From Ylistrum balloti (lineage: Eukaryota): a DNA stretch of 64,000 nucleotides. The stretch lies in contig NW_026782932.1 of the NCBI RefSeq assembly GCF_031769215.1, positions 186,001 to 250,000 of the forward strand, written 5' to 3'. The first letter of the stretch is position 1, and the number at the start of each line of letters is the position of its first letter. Shown here piece by piece: positions 1 to 13,000 of this stretch. A program made the translations under genes and the position numbers. The notes beneath the pieces were generated by a model. It was not told the DNA's origin. It saw nothing but the letters and a program-made list of their open reading frames with translations, and did not search any database.

Positions 1-183
1 TTGACACTCGTATTTTGATGAGTAACTTACATTGAAAAGCTCTCTCAGATTTCATATTTCGCGTAATCTTTAAGTACAAGGAAAACGCCCAAGTAAATTA
101 TTTCTTTGTATTGGAACAATGAAGATGTACATATAAGTTAATTTTATGTCATAAAACAAAAAAAATATTTTAAAAATGTGTAC

Positions 184-260
184 CTGCCATCAAACGTTGT
201 AATATGAGGATCATTGAGAGATGTACACATTGACCTGTGGTCATTGTCCTTAGCAACCAC
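184..260 (-). CDS. Exon, start of vWF type D domain (MCTSLNDPHITTFDG)
   Basis: C...DPH..TFDG signature; AG|GTACAC donor. Confidence 0.9.
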
Positions 261-1034
261 CTGATGAGAAAATCAGAGTATTTGTTGGTATTTTTATGTT
301 ACAAAAATAAAAGCAAATACTCTAAAATCGAATACATTAATGCAGCACTTACCATTAAAATATAAGTAGATCCTTTTTACTGAATGATATTTATAAGTGT
401 ACTTGTTAATACTGAAATTTATAAATATGACAGATATTAATGGAGTAATGAGAATGCTTTTGAAGTTATTTCTATCTATTATTGCAACGATTCTGCGACG
501 AGATCCTTACATCAATACGACCAATGTTGACAGTATGTGAAGTACTGGTTACTATTGGAGGTTGCCTGGGGTAAGTCACGTGAACCTGGACGGTCACGTG
601 AGTACTGTGGTCACGATCGTACATGTTATCCACCATAGCCGTGATTGGGATCTGGAGTAAACCCTGCCAATTAGATTGCGAAAGAGAGGCTCCGCATGAC
701 TCCGGCCTCGCGGTCTGACTCGGACCTTTCCATCCGATTACAACTTGTGGTAGAACCCATTGTCTACATTTCTTGTCATGGCGGTCGTAGTCAGTGTGAG
801 TGTGTATGAGGACCGTACACTGTCCCTTACATCCCCGACAGCAGAACATATGTGGAGGAGCTGTGGAGTTTACGGTGATATACTGGGGAACTCGGCCCTC
901 TGTCAGTACCAATTTATCAGTCGTTATCAACTACAAAGAAAACACCTATGATTCTATAACAATGTTTTGCATATCATGAAGAAATTAATAACTTAAATCA
1001 AAGAAAATAATACTTGTTTTATGGCTGAAGCGTT

Positions 1035-1071
<37 letters not shown>

Positions 1072-4000
1072 CGACGACGACGACTACGACGACGACGATG
1101 ATGATGATTGAAATAGTTATAAAATGTATTCATTTTAATTTTTTATATATACATTTTAATTGTTAATATGAATCTATAATAATCATGTCTATTTTACCTT
1201 GATAGTAGGGGTGAAGATGGCACTGGTCAATTTAATTGTCAGTCCACTTTGACCTTTAAATCGAGCCTGGATGGAACACGTGACCTGAGAAGACACATTC
1301 GGACATAACATAACCACAGGTGATCCCTTATTAGTATCTAATATCTGAAGTATTTTAATCATTTTAAAAGGAACATTACTTATTTAAAAAATACACGTTA
1401 TCGTTTTTGTTTTACTACACTGACTTGATAAAATATCTCAGAGATTAAATAATTAATAAACATTAGGTACTTTAAGTATATCAACACTCACTTCACCTTC
1501 ATTGCTAGGTTCATTGAGTAATTTAATTTCATACCCTTTTGTTGTAAAGATTGTCGTTGATGCTTGCAACTGCAAACTTGTAATTATCTGTCATTCCCGA
1601 TACGATATTCATTAATTCACAATTTTCGTTGATGTTGAGGCAGACAATAAATTCTACATTTTGCTGGAATGACTTCTCGAAAGAGCAGGTGAAGAATGCA
1701 GCTCCTTGTCCGTCTACTATGGGTAGAAGGGTAGGACGCACGTTGTAAATTGGTAATCCAGGTTTAGTGGGACGTGGAGTAGTGGTAGGGGGTGTCGTAG
1801 GCTTAGGGGTAGTCGTGGGTAATGTAGTGGGTTTCGGAGTAGATTTTGTCGTAGTTGGCTGCGGAGTTGTAGTACTAGGTGTAGTCGGGCTTGGTTTCTT
1901 TGTGGTCTTTGGTGCTGGAGTTGTGATATCATCTGTGTAAAAAAAAGTTAGCCTAGCAATCAGTGTTATCGTATTGCATACAATCAGGAAGGTAAATACC
2001 AATTGATTTCAATCATCGAAGATATTTTTAGTGTACCTATGGATATTGTTTTGTAAATCGTAAATGACATGTCCTGTTCACTTATATACCTTTACATATC
2101 CAGCCTTTGTGACAAACATCTGTTGTTGTTGCCTTCTTCGTAGTAGTAGATGTCGTAGTTGTAGAAACTGGTTTTAGGGTAGTGGTAACTGATTATGAAC
2201 ACAAGAAAAACACATTTATTTTTTTAAAAAAAGTCACAAATAAAGATTACTTCCAATCTGTATTAAGTAAAAACATCTACATTCTTCGAACATAAATATC
2301 GCAATGTAGAGAAAATATGAAATACCAGAGAGATAATGATAAACTTATATAACAGTCCGGGAAATATTCAATGGTTTGTTACGTTGATATTTGAATGATA
2401 AACAAATGTGCAAAGCATACATAACGCAGTCGGCTCTCACCAGGTCATCAAGAAAAGTTTTAGTTAATTAACAGAATTTTTAAGTAAACTATTCTTAAAT
2501 CGGATAACGTTTAAAATTAGTTTCAATGATGACAATGATGCCGGGAACATACTTTCTGTATTAACTTATTAGAATAAATCTGATTTAATTCATCTCCTCT
2601 CTCGGCCTGTTTTGCATTTCAACAGTATAATTTTTTGAATGTGATATACAAGTACAGTAACTCTAATTTGACGTCAGAAGTATTTCAGCCATTACCTACC
2701 TTTACTTGGAGGGAAGCCAATGATGATATCAATATCGATTATAATATCAATCCACACATGCCAGCATTTGATGGACTTGAGATAGAAATCTACCTGAGTG
2801 ACTGTATTCACTGTTGGTGGCTGTCCCACATAAAGATGCTGGTTGGTGTTGATGGCCAACTGATGAGATATCTGTGTTGTACTAAAATCTACAATCTTCT
2901 TGTCTACATACAAAATCAAACCTTTGTCAAGAGCCCACGAGACGACGATGGAATTGAAGGAGGATATCGTTAGTTTTCCCCTTGGAACAGACGCGTACCA
3001 CGACACAGTGGAGGTAGACACTATACATTGAATCTGGCCAAACCTATAGACAAGTGCCACTCCTGTTCCGTCCGTTCTCTCCCCACCACTTGACATTATT
3101 ATAGTATTCTCCTGAAGTAATTTAAAGGACACTACGACCTCGAAAGTGATTCCTGACTGACACCTATCAAGGTTGCCCAGACACATGTTGTTGTGTATGC
3201 CGAAGTCAATGTAATGTGTCGTTTGCGTGATATGGAGAGCCTCCTCTTTTTTATCCACTGTAGCACCACCGTGTACTTGTAGCGTAATGTTATCAGATGT
3301 TATTAGATTCGTCTGGCTGATTTGGGTGAATGACCAGTTGTACGAAACCATTTGCTTATTTGGTGTAGTCGTCGGTGCCTTTGTTGATGGAGACGTTGTC
3401 GGTGCCTTTGTTGTAGGAGACGTTGTCGGTGCCTTTGTTGTAGGAGACGTTGTCGGTGCCTTTGTTGTTGGAGAAGTTTTCGGTGCCTTTGTTGTTGGAG
3501 GTTTCGTTGGTGCCTTTGTTGTTGGGGTCTTTGTCGTCGGTGCTGCTGTTGTTTCTAAATTAATGCAACAACTGATCGTCATTTACAGAAATGCTTGGTA
3601 AAAATAATGAGGGTGTTCCATTTCAATGGACATTTGGAAACAATATCATTATCAAAGTTTTACATACATTAGAACTTGTAGGTCAGAGTTCCGACTACTG
3701 AGTTAATCAAATGCGTATTATCAACAACAATTTTGTTTTGTAAGTAAATGGATTGAACAATGGGAAATGCCTTTATTAGTTCTCTACAATACGTTACGAC
3801 AGGATTATAGATTTATAAAAAAATGATATAAGAGGAAATAGGACGTATCCACACATCATATGGATACACATTTTCCTCTTCTGAGTTGTACACTCAAATC
3901 GATAGCAATATCATAATGACATATAGTGTGGACAATAAAACAAACTTGATAGATCGAAAGAGAAAAACTACACGGCGACTCTTGAGAAAATACAAGACAA

Positions 4001-7000
4001 CTAACAGAGTTTGTTTCTAACAGGAAAGCTTCGACACTAGCCATGTATAATTTAAGCAAGTATCTTTTTATCTAAATTAGCATAATACAAAACTACAGTA
4101 CAGTATTTTCATTTAAAATGACTGAAAAAGATTCCAAACATGATTGAATGATCAAGTCACTTAGAATAAAGCTAGATAACAATATTGACAATGATTTTCT
4201 ACTTTAGGAGTCATTATATTTGCGTCTGAAAATTATTCTCGCCGTTTTATGGCCATAGATATAAAGTGTCTTTCATTCCATTTTAATTTCGTTCCAGTTC
4301 ATCAACTTTTACATAGATACATTTGTGGAATTGGTAAGTAGTTGTTTAGTATCATGCAGGCCAATTTCTGATTTAGACAAGGCCAATGTTTTAAGAGATC
4401 CGACCTTTTAGATTGAGAATTTTGATTAGACTGTCCACAAAATGGTAAGATCACTGTTATTTTCCCTACCTCAAGTTTTTTTCTTTAAAATCGGCAGAAC
4501 TTCAATTACATTTTGAATTCATTACCATAGACTCTGCCGTCAGGACTTCAGTTTTACTGCATTAAGCCATTTTGCCAATTGCCAAAGCAGAAAATTGAAG
4601 CAGATCACATGGTTTTAACACAACATGGAGAATGGAATATCTTATTGTGATAAAATGAATTTCATAACTAAATCATATTGCCCAAACCTGCAGATTTCTT
4701 TATCATTAAGAAGAGGAAGTTAACCCTGATATCCTTTTCATGAAATAGAATAGATCGGAAGACCGACGTCGAGGTATCGATATTATCACTAGACGTAGAT
4801 GAAACATTGTCAACAAGCAAGACGCTCACATTTGCCCAGTGGATGATGACTATGCTATAGATTCATTTTAAATCGTAGTTAACCTGTCGCTGATTTAACG
4901 ATACCACTTTCCCCCGTTTAGATTATTTACACTATATAGTAATTTTAAGTCACGTAACGTGTCTTTGGGTTCATTTCTTATATTTCTAAACTTTGCCTAG
5001 TGACTTGGAATGATAACAGTAATGTTTCAGAGGATAGCAGTTATTGATCAGAGGGATTGGTTAATACTTAGTGTGAAATGAAATCACTTCCTTTAATGAT
5101 CAGTTGTTGCGATAAATCCTTTCTGTGAATCGACTCCTTCAAGTTAAATGTAAAACCAAGGACTTTAGATCAAACGTCGTTCATATCATATGTTTAGAAA
5201 GAACAGGCCTTACGTGCGCTTATCATATTTTACCCTTAAAGTAATGAGGAAATGTAATCGACTTTTCTAAAAAAAAAAAAAAAAATCCACACGTCCAAAT
5301 AAAGAAATAGAAACAGAAAAGATGACATTGTATGCCTGTGTTTACGTCCTGTACATGGAGATTCACAGTTAAAAGACAATTGTATACCGAACTTAGTATC
5401 AGTCGAATAGTGCATACGAGAGTTTGAATGGGAACTATTATACATTCATAATATCTACTGTAACACAGATTATCTGGGAGGATATTTAAAAATGCAACCA
5501 TATATAATTCTACGATATGTCAATTGATCATACGATATTTAGAAGCATTTGCTTCAAGTATACAGTAATATATATTTTGGAATAAAGAGTATCTTACAGA
5601 GTTTCGCATTCATTTCTGTACTAAAACAGAGATATCATGTACTCACGCTTCTTGGTCGGGCTTGGTGTTGGTTTGACCGTAGTATAATCTACAATAGAAT
5701 GTAAATACATAAACGACTAAAATCCATAATCTTTTAGGTTAAGTTTCTTTGTAGATTATGAAGTATTTTCTGTTAATAAATAAAGAATTACTATATCACA
5801 TCAGATATTATCATTATAAGATATTTTCCGTTCCTGAAAAACTTTATCACAACTTATTGCCTGGCAATGGTTCATTCAAAGGAAACATGATCTCCATGTA
5901 CATCAGATAAAGCACTTGAACAATAGAAACAAGTGATATAATAAGGATACATATGTTAATCTTCAGCAAAATCGTTATTCTTGACAGGATCAAAAGTTGT
6001 CTCTTTTTTTTATTATTTCCTCCATAATCAGCAATTACTGATGTGAACGTTTCATAATAAATCCTGTTTGCGAAAAACAATGACTGACTTAAATACAACT
6101 ACAAATACAAAGGTAAAAAAAATCACTTTAAAATATAACAATTTTTCGCTACCTTGAATTATATGTTCGTGAATGAGAACATCACGTGATGCTGTCCAGG
6201 CATACAGGTTTCTGATATCAATGAAAGTGGTGATGGAGGATCCGTGACCTTTTGCAATCAGTAGAGAGTGAATGTCTGGTTGTGTAGGGTTGGGGAGTTT
6301 TATAGTATGATTCATGAAGAGATGACCATCAATGTAGACAATGAATCCATCAACTTCATTCCAGGAAACTTGGTACGTGTGCCATTCTGTGTGACTAAAA
6401 TGAATTTTTAATTTCGAAGTCCACATAAATTTATTCCATTTTACAGCACAGTACAACTCTCCCATCCAAAGATACAGTGCTATACCGGAAGTGTTTAACT
6501 GATCACCGCCGCTTGAGAAGATATACTGTTTATCGGTGATTGTAGAATTGAGGAATTTTATTTCTACACTCAATGTGAAACCATTATCACATGTCGTAAG
6601 GTCTTGCAAGCACTGCATGCCAGTATTCGGCAGTTCTACATATTGTCCAGTCGTATTGAGAACAAGAATGGCATTTCCATTAGCTTCCGGCACAATGCTG
6701 GGTTTCCCATATACGGTGAAGTTGTGAAGGGGTGTTATCAAAAGGTTGTCTTTTATCTGTATGAAAGTGAAGTTCAAATACTGGATTGGAGCTTTCGTTG
6801 TGACTGTAATAAAGAAGATACTCCTTTTATTTCACAAATAGTTAGAAGTGTTTTGATTACCTGGACATTATTACATGAAGGGACTTATTTGATAAGCTGT
6901 GTCAGATTTAAGTTCTTTGATAATGTTCAATATTTACAACTGCGTTGAATCGTCTCCATATAAAGCGTGCCAACACGAATATGGTCATTTGTATCGCGTA

Positions 7001-10000
7001 AGAGTAAATGGTCTTCACATTACTTATACCGTGATGTAAATGTGAAGACATTTGACGCATTACTTATACCGTGATATATTTTTGAAGATACATGACGCAT
7101 TACTTATATCGTGATATAAATGTGAAGACATTTGACACATCACTTATACCGTGATATAAATGTGAAGATACATGACGCATTACTTATACCGTGATATAAA
7201 TGTGAAGACATTTGACACATCACTTATACCGTGGTGTAAATGTGAAGACATTTAACACGTGATATAAATCTGAAGACATTTGACACATTACTTATACCGT
7301 GGTGTAAATGTGAAAACACTTGACACATTACTCATACCGTGGTGTAAATGTGAAGACATTTGACGCATTACTTATACCGTGATGTTAATGTGAAGATAAT
7401 TGACGCATTACTGATATCGTGGCGTAAATGTGAAGACATCTGACGCATTACTTATACCGTGATGTTAATGTGAAGATAACTGACGTTTTACTTATACCGT
7501 GATGTAAATGTGAAGATAATTGACGCAATACTTATACCGTGATGTTAATGTGAAGATAACTGAGGTTTTACTTATACCGTGATGTAAATGTGAAGATAAT
7601 TGACGCATTACTTATACCGTGATGTAAATGTGAAGACATTTGACACATTACTTATATCGTAAGTAAAAATGAAAGGAAAAAAAAATCAGCATCATTTTCT
7701 CTTACTTTGCTTCCATGGCATCGCCTAGTGTTTCCGTTATAACTAATCAATTGAACTCATCGCTATTTTTACGATATGTATAAGGTAATCTGGTCGTTGA
7801 ATGATTATGTGCGATAATCATATGTTTAACAAGTTTTCTGTACCTGCCCGAATGCACACCGAGCTGTATGTTTTTATCCTATTCAAATATTTTGCAATTC
7901 TATAACATGAACGCAAGCTTGATTAGGAAGTACTTATGATTGTCAAGACCGTATGTAGTATATGATATCCCTGTTTTATTTTATACCTGCAGATGACGTC
8001 GACTCTGCCAGAGGAGTTGGTGTCGTATTAGGTTTTGTTGTCATTGCTGAAATAAACAAACGAAACCGAATTTGAAACGAATACGACATTAATCAAACAC
8101 GTACTGCCCTAGGCAACAAGAATGATCTCCAGATTTATCCTTTATTTTATATATACTGTACCATCGATAATTTAATAAATATACAGATATTTTTATTCCT
8201 CTTTGTATTTTGTACAACTCGATAAAGGTGATAATCTGAAAAGGAATACTAGTATAATGATAACATTGTTTTTATATTGATAATCTGAGTGATCTGTTTT
8301 AGTGTCATCCAAATACAGAATACCTTTGTAATATCCCTTGTGTAATATATATTACATTAGTATAGACTGGCAGTATCCATCTCATATACGTACATATAAA
8401 AGCATAAATAATCATTAGAACAGAGGATTACACTGAAGTTTTGAGCTGGTGCTAATGACTAATCTTACTGTCTCGTTAATACATACCAATGCTACCCCAT
8501 ACCACGATCCAAGTCACCACCGTAAGAGAGGAGGTATGTGTTGTTAAACTTATTGTGAAGCCATGAGTACACATATCGGTCTTTTGCAAACATGATTGGA
8601 AAGTCTTCTTGTAAACTTTATTTTATTTCATTTTTTCTCCTTACAATGTACATAGTTGCATCAAATAACAATTGAAATTGGATTCGGAAACAAGTTTGAC
8701 AACTTATATTAATCCATCTCCAGTTAGAAGAGACGCATGCGGAATTGAGGACGTAGGCTGTTATTATAAGATAATATGTGAGAAAGAATAAATCAATATG
8801 CTATCTTATAGATAAAGAACAAAAAGAAAATAAAAGGGGGGAAGAGGGGTGGGGTGGGGGGGGGGGGGGGTGTTGTTGCTCAGTTATACCTCAAGTACAG
8901 AATTTACTATGAAAACACAGTAAAGACCGGCCCAGACATGAATGTATTGGAGAAAAGAGACATCATTCAAATCTTTTGGAGTTAAGGATATAATCCTGAG
9001 TACATGAAAAAAATAATGCATTTTCGTCATATGACAGCTCGTCATCACCGAATAGTAACAGTTTAGTAGTTATTGGACGATTTATTGTAGAAAAGGAACG
9101 TAAACGAAATCGAGAGAAAAGACGACAATGTAACAGATAATGATCATTGGAAAGTCTTGTTGTCAACAGATACATAAGAATTGGTCCCATTCAACAGTAC
9201 TGCCTTCCCGCCTGACGGGGAATTCGATAGTGTCACATGACAATGTATATTTAACCTCAAAGACGAAGTCGTTTGAATGATGCTCCCAACAATATTTTTA
9301 AACCCAAAGATCCCTGCAAATATGGTATCTTTTACTGAAGAGCTTTTTATCGTAAAATTACTAGCGGTACAAAATATGTTGCGTTAACTATATATGATAG
9401 CATAACTACTGATAGTTAAATTACTTAGGTGTATCATTTTAAAAGAAGTCGCAGATAGTACTTTTTATAAACTTAGCTGAGGTATATTAATGGAAGGCTA
9501 TACTCCAGCATTGTAGACAGTAGAGCCAGGTTAAACCTGCCAACACTTCAGACTGACCTACGAGGCCCTCGTATCTTATTTGTTAATTTTTCTTCACAGT
9601 TCAGTTCTCTGTGGTAATTCCGTAGGGTTCTAATTTTGATAAAGTGACTTCATTTTCGAGTTATATACCGACCGCCGTGAATGAAGCAGAATGTTATTGA
9701 TAATATCTGTTCTCTACTGACATTAGACCCTTTGTAATTGGTTATCGAGGCTCTCCTGCACACTGATGTATATCGCACAGATGTCGTGCATGTTCTATAT
9801 ATATCAGGCCCAACAAATGACAATACAATATATCTGTACTATGTACTTATTTGGTATAAACCATATCAATTAATAACATTTCACATAGCATTATATATAT
9901 ATATACCTAAATTGAGATATGTTATCTAGATTTGTCATAGACTAAAGCTTTTCAATAAAAATGTAATTAAATGTTTGTAGTGAACATGTCTTGCCATTAT

Positions 10001-13000
10001 CATTAATTGTCTGGCTGGTAATGTCATAATTCCATTAAAAGATCACACGAATACATCTTAAGGTTAATGGTATTCTACACTAATACAGTCAATTTAATTA
10101 GACAATAAATACCTGATGATGACACTGTCGGTTTAGCAGTAATTGGTGTTGTGGTTGGCACTGAAATATGAAAATATTTGATATATTAATACTACTATGA
10201 AGTATACACGTCCCGTGAAATATGACAATATTTGATGTATTAATACTACTGTAAAGTATACATGTCTTGTAAAATATGGTAATCCCTGATACATTAATAC
10301 TACAGTAAAATAAGCACGCCGTTTGAAATGCATTACCCATGAATAATTAAGAAAATAATTGCCTTTTGGTTGTTTTGGTCCGTTTGAGGGCTTTTGTAAA
10401 AGTACTAAGGAGTAAATAAAAAAATACCTGTGATGACTCCTTGATTCACCAAGTCTGTTCTCTTAGCGTCGTAAGTTTTCAGGCCAGTGAATTTCATCGA
10501 AACTTTCGTGGACGTGCTGATGTAACCATAACCCAGAGATATCTCCCTCATGGTTATGGTAGTTGTCGTAGGGCGTGGTTGGGGACGAGTCGTGCTGCCA
10601 ATAAGCATACCGTTGTTTAGAAGTTCGATTCCAACAGAGGAACTCCACGAGATCTCAAGATGCTGCCAGATGTTCAAAGCGAGATTGGTGGTGGTTTGTA
10701 GCCTCCATATGAGGGTATCGGTGGATACTATATAGTGTAGCTGGTTGTTTGCATAATACAGTGCTAGACCAATGCCGTCTGGGCGGTCACCGCCATTAGA
10801 AATGATGTAAGTGTTTTCCTCAAGCTTGTCAAACTTAACGTTCAAGTTGATAGTAAAACCAGAGGTACAACTTCTAATATTTTGGAGGCATGATGGGAAA
10901 TTGCTATTACTGACGGTCACGTAACTATTAGCACCATTTACGTACACTGCCTGCCCGAGACTTGTGGTTGACAGAGTCACGTGTCCATGAATGTTGAAGG
11001 TCAAGGTTGTCGTTGTTTGGATCACTTGTTTGACGATGGATGTTATTTCAAAAACAGTCGTCGTTAGCTTCGTTACTGTTTTAAGATATTAATAAGAGCC
11101 AATGATATTGCTGAACAATAGCTTTCACGGAAGATATTATTACGGATATTCAATTTGAATTTGATTTGTTTGCATTTAGTTTTATGTGTTTTTAATGTAC
11201 AATTTATGCACCACGCGCCTACTCTAAATATGTAACACTCACCACTGCAGTCAGACCCGTAATAACCATGTGTACAGGAACACTGTCCCTCGCCAACACA
11301 TGTCCCACCATTCTTACAGAAATCAACAGGACACAGCGCTACAACCATCAACATATACACATTATAGGTAATATTACCATAGACGTAAGATAAGCTTGTG
11401 AAGACATACAAACCATACCTATTTCCACACCTTTTTATTTGTCATTGTTTTATTTCGTAATTGAAGTAATGTTTTGATGTTTTGTCTATCCAGTTTGTGA
11501 AACAATTTGAAAACAATAGGTTTTCCTCGCCAAGGATGCATTTCTGTTACTGATAACACCACTAGCCTATGATATTGTTATATGTCTCCACATTTCAATC
11601 AATTCTGACCTCCGGGTAGAAGTCTAGACTACCTAGAAGAACAACTGCATTAATAAGAAGAAGTACTAAAACAATATTTCTCTCTTCATTCGGAGGGGAA
11701 ACATATTTATCAGGTGAAGAATTGTGGTAAATGACGTGTTCCAGGATGTGAAATGTTTCATTGTGTTGGTATGTGTATATAAATGTCTACCGTTCATTTT
11801 GCTATCTAATACAAGCCTGAATTTCTTACTTGAAGGATCACAACCTAGGACATCAAACCGGAAACAAGGAGAAACCTGACTCGTGAGAGGGTAAACCCTC
11901 AAGGAATCAATGGCGACAGGGGGTGTGAAAACCAGCCAGAACTTTCCAATAGAACTGTTTGATATTGCTTCCAGGGACTACAACAGAAATAAGATCATTT
12001 CGAGAGGTCAACATGTTAGAGATAGTCTGGCTTTTATCAACTCAAGCTACGTAATCAACATGATCTTCTAATATCGGTTTACATTTTATAGGAAATTTAA
12101 AATGTCATAGTTTGTTTGAAGCACTTTGAAAGAAAGACGGATGATTTACATATTTAAATTATGACGTAACGGTAAATACATCAATAGATACAACGTTAGG
12201 CGAATAACTTAATGTTCAGTCTAGTGCTACGTCTTTCTTCTATTACTCAATGAAAGAGCGAGAAACAACAGATGAGCTCATAAAAGGAAGCATGAAAATA
12301 TTAACATTATCAAAGATTCTTTTTCTTCAAAACGTGTTGTAATTACCGTATGATGGTTCCTCCTCAAACTTTTCATAACGAAAAACTCATTGAAGCACTA
12401 TTATCAAGACATTTAATTTTTGTTTTGTGCAGACAATGTTCATATTGTTTGATACCGACTTCTATCTTTACCACGAAGACGATATTAACTGACAAGTTTA
12501 CAACAATAAGAGTGAAGTTTAGATGATGCAAACTACATCTATGTCGTGATTTCTGTGAAAATTACAATAATTTCACAAAGATTGCAAAAGTTTTACCGTC
12601 GAAGAAGTATTTGTTTCACCAAAGTTATTATTTACAAATTATTTTCATCATAATCTTTTGACTCAAACAATATCTTATCTCAAACATTTAAACATTTTGG
12701 TACACTCTGAGGTTTTCCTCTTAGCTGTGTGGTTTGATACCTACAGGTGCTACAACCCTCCATTGTTTGAGGGAATCCTCTTTCAAGATAATCTCAAGGC
12801 GGAAAGTCTTCATGTAGGCAGCAGGTGGAGTGAAAACTCCGGGCATTGATGGGGGCTGGATCTCAAGACCCCCAAAGGCCACTGGTGACGGGAACGACAC
12901 CTCGTACCAAGGATTCGGATCAGTTAGGGAAGGACACCAGCCACTGATAATATCACCTGTCAATAAGTTATGAAAGTATCATTTGTCGGGTATTTATCTT

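Noticed and set aside
3227-3601. Plus-strand Val/Gly/Ala-rich ORF
   Set aside because: Antisense shadow of the TTKAPTTSP mucin repeats.
7706-7742. Possible extra exon of the modular gene (VITETLGDAMEA) with a strong GTAAGA donor
   Set aside because: It ends in phase 2 while the next exon needs phase 1, the acceptor is weak, and no compensating exon was found.
8835-8870. Poly-G run (also 63690-63716) as a G-quadruplex element
   Set aside because: Simple homopolymers with unreliable length and no contextual evidence of function.
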